A DNA stretch of 35,853 nt from a virus, in the IMG/VR virus record IMGVR_UViG_3300002461_000243, positions 1 to 35,853 of that record, one strand, 5' to 3'. The notes beneath the pieces were generated by a model. It was not told the origin of the DNA and searched no databases. It saw only the letters and a program-made list of their open reading frames with translations. This document shows, in pieces, positions 30,625-35,853 of this stretch; the first letter of the stretch is position 1; each line of letters opens with the position of its first letter. Made by a program: the position numbers and the translations under genes.

Positions 30625-32718
30625 TTAGATTAATTGCTCTTGACCGACTGGTTCAGGCGGCATTGGGGCGGTTGGATCTAAAGGAACCGGCATCATGTCC
30701 ATTTGCGGAGCGCCAGCCTCTGGCATAGCCCCCGGCAAAGCTTCGCCCGGCATTGGCGGAGCTATCGGCATTAAAGCCTGCACCAATGGGCCTTTATAAA
30801 CCAAAGGAAACTGCGGCAGCATTAAAAGCTTCTGGGCATATCCTGGATTCACAATAGCTTGCTCAAGCATCATCATCTCGGTAGCTCCTAAGTGATCCAG
30901 CATATTTATTTGAACTTCGGGGCGAGTATTGCTCTTAAAGTTAGCATCCTGAATGATCTTAGAGTGGGCCTTCCAATGAACCAAGTGAATCTCATATTCC
31001 TGCGGCTCTGGAATGGGACGACTTTCAAGCATTGCTTCATTCTCGGCTTCCGCAGAGACAGATGCCCTTTGAGTTTCGTCAATAAACCGATCGGTCTGAG
31101 TAAAGCCCAGCATTTCTAGGATTTGTTCACGCTCAAAAACATCTGGAAACTGACTAGCTAAGTCCAAAAGAAACTGAGTTTTAACTGCTTTAGAATCAGG
31201 CAAGGCCGATGAATTCTGAGCAATGACTGCAAAAGGCCCCTGTAAATCGCTAGGGTTAAAGTCGTCAATTTCCCAGTTCCCCTCAGGGCCAAGGATCATA
31301 AGAGTTCGCTCGTCCTCTGGCTTATAATACTGAGCGCAGACTTTAAGAATCTTTGAGTACATTTTTCGAACTGCGTTTGAAACTTCGATGACCTCTGGGT
31401 TTAACCTTCGAGACTCTGATTCAGAGACGTACTGAAGGGCCACAAAGGCATTTACTCCCGTTGGCGGCTCGCCTTGCACGACTGAGTTTGACTTTCCAAA
31501 CTTATAAAAGCGCTGCTCAAGCATTTCCTGCTGCTGAATAAGCTGCGGAGATACTGGATTGCTTTGAGCTAAGACCGGACGAGCTGCCCCGCCCTTAACC
31601 TTAACGATTGAAACGTCATTGCCTAGGCTTTGATCATCGACCGATCCAGCATCAACAAACCATTTCGGGTGCGCCGCAAGCATTGTCTGCTTAACAACTA
31701 AGTTATTAAGATTGTTCACCTGTGAGGCCATGCCCCGAACAAATTCGATCAGGGCTTCGCCGTGCAGTTCTTTTAAATTAATGATGTCCACAAGGCGCTC
31801 AAACGGAAGTTCACCGTGCTCATATGGAAGCGGTCCGCGCTTTAGGATCTTATTTCCTACATAAACGCATTCAAACCCGCCTGGAACGTACTTGGTGTCC
31901 TTATGCCAGAAAGTGATCTTGAGAGTCTTGCCGATCAGAGACTTTTCAGTCATTTCTGTAAAGTCAAAATAAGATTCTTTCATTTCCGAGTGGATAAAGT
32001 CGGCAGACTCTGGAAAATCCAGCTTTAATTCGTCTGTATCGACGTACTCAAACAAATACCCATATCTGACTTGCTCATAGCTTTGGGCTTCTTCAATGAA
32101 CAAATCAAAAGGCGATGCCAGTAAAAGCTCAACGTCTCCAATTCGCATTGAAGCCTTGGCGGTCATTCCGTCGACCGATTCCAGCATCCCTGCCCCCCCA
32201 ATTTTCTCCCCTAAGTCTGGATTCCAACGGATCACAAGGAAGTATTCCCCCGCAACCTTGGACCCCTGAATCCATTCTTTGATCTTTCTCTCCGTGTCGT
32301 GTTCACGGTCAACGTGCTTTAAGAACTTTTTAGCAACTTTAGCCGCAGCCTTGTCACTTTCTTCATTATGAAGCGGAACGACCTGCACAGTGGGTCTAAA
32401 TTCCATGAGACGAGCTGTCTTTTCATCGATTAGATCCCTGATTAAAGGCATTGTGATCTGAGGCATATAGCGCTTTCGCTGATCTGGGATGTCCCGAGGC
32501 TGATAAACCTGCTGCAAATACTGAATGTTCTTTGCTCTTAGAAAATTATCCTTGATCTTGCGAAGCCGCTCGACATTGGCGTTTTTAATCGTTACCGACT
32601 CGGCCTTAAGCCAATTTAAAAGCTCGTCCTCATTGTTTTTATCAATTACCGCAAAAGATTTCTTGTTATAGCCCGCTAGGCCGCCGCTAATGTCCTCAAA
32701 AGCATCAAAAGTATCCAT
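30625..32718 (-). CDS. Portal protein (697 aa)
   Basis: The size and the position (terminase ... portal - scaffold - capsid) fit. It has a Pro/Met/Ala-rich C-terminal tail. Confidence 0.7.
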   Translation of the reverse strand: MDTFDAFEDISGGLAGYNKKSFAVIDKNNEDELLNWLKAESVTIKNANVERLRKIKDNFLRAKNIQYLQQVYQPRDIPDQRKRYMPQITMPLIRDLIDEKTARLMEFRPTVQVVPLHNEESDKAAAKVAKKFLKHVDREHDTERKIKEWIQGSKVAGEYFLVIRWNPDLGEKIGGAGMLESVDGMTAKASMRIGDVELLLASPFDLFIEEAQSYEQVRYGYLFEYVDTDELKLDFPESADFIHSEMKESYFDFTEMTEKSLIGKTLKITFWHKDTKYVPGGFECVYVGNKILKRGPLPYEHGELPFERLVDIINLKELHGEALIEFVRGMASQVNNLNNLVVKQTMLAAHPKWFVDAGSVDDQSLGNDVSIVKVKGGAARPVLAQSNPVSPQLIQQQEMLEQRFYKFGKSNSVVQGEPPTGVNAFVALQYVSESESRRLNPEVIEVSNAVRKMYSKILKVCAQYYKPEDERTLMILGPEGNWEIDDFNPSDLQGPFAVIAQNSSALPDSKAVKTQFLLDLASQFPDVFEREQILEMLGFTQTDRFIDETQRASVSAEAENEAMLESRPIPEPQEYEIHLVHWKAHSKIIQDANFKSNTRPEVQINMLDHLGATEMMMLEQAIVNPGYAQKLLMLPQFPLVYKGPLVQALMPIAPPMPGEALPGAMPEAGAPQMDMMPVPLDPTAPMPPEPVGQEQLI

Positions 32719-32746
32719 AAAAAGCCCTCCGCTGGCTTAGTGGGAA

Positions 32747-32950
32747 TTAAAATTTAAAAATCTTGTCGTCTGGTAATTCTGCCCCAAGCTCTTGAAACTC
32801 ATCGGTCATTGGTTTTGCTAAGGGGGCGTAGTTATCGCTTGGAACTAGCTGAATTTGGTGTGTCGAAAAGTGTTTTGCCAGCATCCAAACTAGGCAAACT
32901 AAAGACACAACTAAAGACAGAATACTTAAGATCAGGGCTGCGATAATCAT
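32747..32950 (-). CDS. Small membrane protein (67 aa)
   Basis: N-terminal TM segment IIAALILSILSLVVSLVCLVWML. Confidence 0.55.
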   Translation of the reverse strand: MIIAALILSILSLVVSLVCLVWMLAKHFSTHQIQLVPSDNYAPLAKPMTDEFQELGAELPDDKIFKF

Positions 32951-33439
32951 TTAGTCCTCGTAGGCATCGGTTAAAGCTCTCATAATCATTTCAGTTCGGT
33001 AATCGACTGGCTGGCCTTTATCTTTTTTGGCCATTCCTGCGTCCATTAAAGACTCGTCTTCTTCGGAAAGTCTAAAGTTGCTTGGGTCATAACCTAAAGC
33101 TTTTAAATAGCCCTTTGCTTTGTCGTCAAAAGCAGGCCTTAGCGGCTCGGCAGTAATTTCCATGTCTTCGCCAACCTGAACTTGATCCGTCATCAGCTTG
33201 TTCATCATTTGCTGTCTAAGCGCCTGGCGCTCTTGATCGCTCATTCCAGAGCCCTCCGGCAATCTTTGACGAGTATCCACCGCATTGGTGTAAACCGCAG
33301 GCTTCCCATCATTTTGCTTTGACCAGCCAATATAGTCGGCCGGATTCCACTGCTTTGCTTCTGGGCTGTAAACCCTTTGAGCTACCGCGTCTGGATCAAG
33401 GCCAAGCATCATTAATTCTCTGCGTTCTTTTTCTGTCAT
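32951..33439 (-). CDS. Hypothetical protein (162 aa)
   Basis: ORF that abuts the terminase large-subunit gene with no gap. Confidence 0.7.
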   Translation of the reverse strand: MTEKERRELMMLGLDPDAVAQRVYSPEAKQWNPADYIGWSKQNDGKPAVYTNAVDTRQRLPEGSGMSDQERQALRQQMMNKLMTDQVQVGEDMEITAEPLRPAFDDKAKGYLKALGYDPSNFRLSEEDESLMDAGMAKKDKGQPVDYRTEMIMRALTDAYED

Positions 33440-34810
33440 TTAAATCTCCAACATGGAATCAGATTCGAACTCAGATTCAAGGCTAAATCCACGGCGCTCG
33501 TCAAGCAAGGGTTTTGGTTCAAGCAGCATTTCCGGCGTAAAGCCCAAATGATCTAAAATGTACTGAAAAGCATTAATTAAATGGTCATTGGCCTTTGGAA
33601 TCTTGCCGTTTTCGTCCTTTTGATAGCCCTCAAGTTCTTTGCGAAGCATGGGAGTATCTGGGGTCATCTGCACAAAGCCAGAAGCCAAGACGTATCTAAG
33701 AACGTTAATATACCCATCAACTCCAAACATATGCTTTCGGCTTGGGTAAAGCCAAACTCTTGAGTCAATTTCTTCAATGGCTGATTTGTACCAAGCGGCA
33801 GCTTCATCATATACATAATCAGGCTGGGCCATGTTGTTAGGCTCTGAATTTAAAAGGTGCAGCTTCTTTTGAATTGAGGCCCACATATTTCTTGCGGTCA
33901 TTTCCTTTTGGTCAGACTCATATATTTCGCCAATTGGAATGATCTGCTTTGTATATGGGTTAAATGCCACAAACAACACGCCAAAAACTGAGGTTGAGGC
34001 TGGATCTTGGCCAATAATAAGCTGCCATTTTCTAAAATCATTTGGCTTCTTAAATGGAATGTCTGGAATCTGAAAGATATGCGGAAACACCGAGCCTTTT
34101 GAGCCCTTGACATACAATGCCATGTATTCGCGCTGCCATGTCTCGGTTTCGCCAAGCTTAATAAGCTCACGCTCTTTCTTCTCAAGCCATGTTTTTTTTA
34201 TGTAAGGGTTTGAGCTTGTCGGGGCATAAAACGAGCGCCAACCGTCTTGACCCTCTTCAGCCAAATTCATGTAGTCGACATAGTGATTATGAAAGCTAGG
34301 GGGCGTTCCAATAAATAAAGCAGGAACGTCAAAGGCTGCCCGGTTAGGCTCAAAGTTTTGAATTGACTTGATGCGGTGATCCTTGAATTCATCATATGTG
34401 ATTAGCCCGCGGGGTTTAATTCCGGCCATAGCTGCCTCATTATCCGAGCCCTCCAGCTTAATAAATGAGCCATTTTTAAACCTTATGCGTAGCTCGGATT
34501 CATTAATTGATTCAATCCATTCGCTAGGGCCAAAGGTCTGAAGTCTTTTTCCAGCCCAAAGAATTTCCCTAGCTTGCTTGAGGTACGGTTCAAAAATATA
34601 TGATTCGCTGTTAGGATGCTCAAACGCATAGCGCCAATGACAATACGCCGCAAGCTCAGTTTTTCCGGTGTTCCGGCCCATTCGTACAAAGATGTCTTTT
34701 GCGCCTTCATAAAACAAAGCTCTGCCAATAGGTATTTGGGCGTCATGCGGTTTCCAGCGGTTATTCAAGTCATTAAGGCCTTGGGCTAAATTAATCAAAG
34801 AATCATTCAT
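33440..34810 (-). CDS. terL: Terminase large subunit (456 aa)
   Basis: Walker A-like MGRNTGKTE near the N-terminus. The size and the position upstream of the portal fit. Confidence 0.8.
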   Translation of the reverse strand: MNDSLINLAQGLNDLNNRWKPHDAQIPIGRALFYEGAKDIFVRMGRNTGKTELAAYCHWRYAFEHPNSESYIFEPYLKQAREILWAGKRLQTFGPSEWIESINESELRIRFKNGSFIKLEGSDNEAAMAGIKPRGLITYDEFKDHRIKSIQNFEPNRAAFDVPALFIGTPPSFHNHYVDYMNLAEEGQDGWRSFYAPTSSNPYIKKTWLEKKERELIKLGETETWQREYMALYVKGSKGSVFPHIFQIPDIPFKKPNDFRKWQLIIGQDPASTSVFGVLFVAFNPYTKQIIPIGEIYESDQKEMTARNMWASIQKKLHLLNSEPNNMAQPDYVYDEAAAWYKSAIEEIDSRVWLYPSRKHMFGVDGYINVLRYVLASGFVQMTPDTPMLRKELEGYQKDENGKIPKANDHLINAFQYILDHLGFTPEMLLEPKPLLDERRGFSLESEFESDSMLEI

Positions 34811-35030
34811 ATTTTAATCGCCAGCGCCAATATCGGCAATTACGACATTTGCAATCAGTAACTTCTAATGGAAAATAATCTAATTTTCTTGGCTTTTTTT
34901 TAAATCCCCAACTTTTAGAATAAGGTGCAAGCATTAGTGCCATAAACAAATCCATGCCAGGACTTTTACAAATAATGATCTTTTTTGCTTTTGATTCAGG
35001 CATTGGCCAGTAAAATTCATTTTTATTCAT
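34803..35030 (-). CDS. Small Cys-containing protein (75 aa) between the terminase subunits
   Basis: I prefer the ATG at 35030 (overlaps the terS stop by 8 nt). The C-terminus reads TDCKCRNCRYW. The gene overlaps the terL start by 8 nt. Confidence 0.5.
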   Translation of the reverse strand: MNKNEFYWPMPESKAKKIIICKSPGMDLFMALMLAPYSKSWGFKKKPRKLDYFPLEVTDCKCRNCRYWRWRLKYE

Positions 35031-35460
35031 TTCTGTTACCTGACGGTAAAAATGGCTTATCAATATGGGCGGCCATTGCATCGATAACCTGATCGGTATC
35101 AATGGATTTTAGGGCCTGGGGAGCGAATGGATCATTGGCCAGGACTTTTATGGCCTCAGCGGTCGATAAAGGCTGCTTGTCTGCATTTTGGCCAGAGCCC
35201 ATGTCTGCAATCGCAACTGCGCTAAGCTTTGGATAACGGTAGCTTGCAAGCTGTTCCGCGCCACGAAGCCATAAGGCTGCCCAATTTGACTGGTCAGTTC
35301 CTTTCTCAGTCCAGGTTCCACCCTTTTTAGTCATGTCCTTTGCAAACAACATTGCCTCATGAATTTCCTCGATAGGATTGCACCCCAAACGCTCTAAGTC
35401 CGCGGAAGCTAAGAGAGTTCTCTTGATTGGGTGGTTTACATTCCTACCAGACTTCGCCAA
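35023..35460 (-). CDS. Putative terminase small subunit (145 aa), TTG start
   Basis: The call rests on position upstream of terL. AAGGA lies 8 nt before the TTG. I recognised no motif. Confidence 0.4.
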   Translation of the reverse strand: MAKSGRNVNHPIKRTLLASADLERLGCNPIEEIHEAMLFAKDMTKKGGTWTEKGTDQSNWAALWLRGAEQLASYRYPKLSAVAIADMGSGQNADKQPLSTAEAIKVLANDPFAPQALKSIDTDQVIDAMAAHIDKPFLPSGNRNE

Positions 35461-35529
35461 AACTTAAGTCCTTTTCAATTGCAAATGATTTGCATTATCA
35501 ATTAAGTTAGCCAGCTTATAGTTAGCCGC
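35461..35529. promoter_or_regulatory. Nested inverted repeats plus direct repeats upstream of the packaging genes
   Basis: The perfect palindrome GCAAAT-G-ATTTGC (35481-35493) is nested inside AACTTAA(35461-67)/TTAAGTT(35502-08). GTTAGCC is repeated directly at 35506-12 and 35521-27. Confidence 0.45.
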
Positions 35530-35850
35530 CTAATAATCAGACGCCATAATTTTAATAATAGAGAGGGCTTTCTTAAGCTCCCATACTTGCTCTTTAAGTG
35601 CTTTTATTTCGTCTTCATAGCTTTGAGGGCTTGATTCTGAGATTATAGGATTTGAATCCCAGCCTTTTACTTTTACTACTACTCGATAAGAATTATCGGT
35701 CCATTTAATGACCCACAATGTAGAAAAGTCGTACTCTAAGCCCTTCGGAAGCTTATCAACTGAAAAGTCTTTTCCTTCAACTATCGCCTCTATATTGGCT
35801 CCGTTTCTAAAAAAAGTTCCACTGCTAAAGCTAGATGCAAAGCCCTTCAT
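35530..35850 (-). CDS. Hypothetical protein (106 aa); its 5' end lies in the terminal repeat
   Basis: Intact ORF. Its first 91 nt are duplicated at 1-91, so on the closed circle it follows gene 100..366. Confidence 0.7.
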   Translation of the reverse strand: MKGFASSFSSGTFFRNGANIEAIVEGKDFSVDKLPKGLEYDFSTLWVIKWTDNSYRVVVKVKGWDSNPIISESSPQSYEDEIKALKEQVWELKKALSIIKIMASDY

Positions 35851-35853
35851 AAA
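35760..35853. repeat. Terminal direct repeat, copy 2 (identical to 1..94)
   Basis: Read directly. Confidence 0.9.

Noticed and set aside
1-35853. tRNA, rRNA or CRISPR genes, and a diversity-generating retroelement near the fibre genes
   Set aside because: The few non-coding gaps are short and show no cloverleaf-like structure by eye. There is no reverse-transcriptase-like ORF and no template/variable repeat pair next to the fibre genes. A dedicated tRNA scan was not possible here.

Overview
The window appears to be a complete tailed-phage genome. Bases 1-94 are identical to 35760-35853, so the unique length is about 35.76 kb, consistent with a circular or circularly permuted molecule, and one gene is split across the ends. 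The gene set looks podovirus-like, with no tape-measure or sheath genes. Two divergent arms leave a control region at about 735-865 and meet tail-to-tail at 13217-13220. The plus arm (865-13220) is the early, replication and accessory arm. It encodes many small translationally coupled ORFs, a replisome-organizer-like gene with an internal phased iteron array, and a G39P-like loader. It also carries a metallophosphoesterase / HExxH peptidase / XRE-HTH trio, a pentapeptide-repeat protein built from 18 near-identical 15-bp units, a PD-(D/E)XK exonuclease plus RecT-like annealase, and an HNH nuclease. The minus arm runs from 734 leftward, across the junction, and from 35850 down to 13217. It is the late arm: small and large terminase, portal, scaffold, major capsid, fibres, adaptor/nozzle-like proteins, Ala/Gly/Gln-rich internal virion proteins, a lysis cassette (spanin-like pair, amidase, holin) and a VRR-NUC-like nuclease. 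I found no integrase, tRNA, CRISPR array, DNA polymerase or RNA polymerase. The observations most worth follow-up are these: (1) a 22-26 nt gene-boundary element conserved at nucleotide level in four copies, flanking cassettes around the pentapeptide-repeat gene; (2) a family of small Cys-motif proteins, two of them below the ORF-track cutoff; (3) the origin-like 11-bp-phased AGTCA array; (4) two intrinsic terminators oriented against the local coding strand, each with a possible promoter, which could specify ~60-nt antisense RNAs; (5) a gene whose coding signal changes frame twice at 9479-9540. All functional calls come from motif recognition by eye and gene order. No database search was run.
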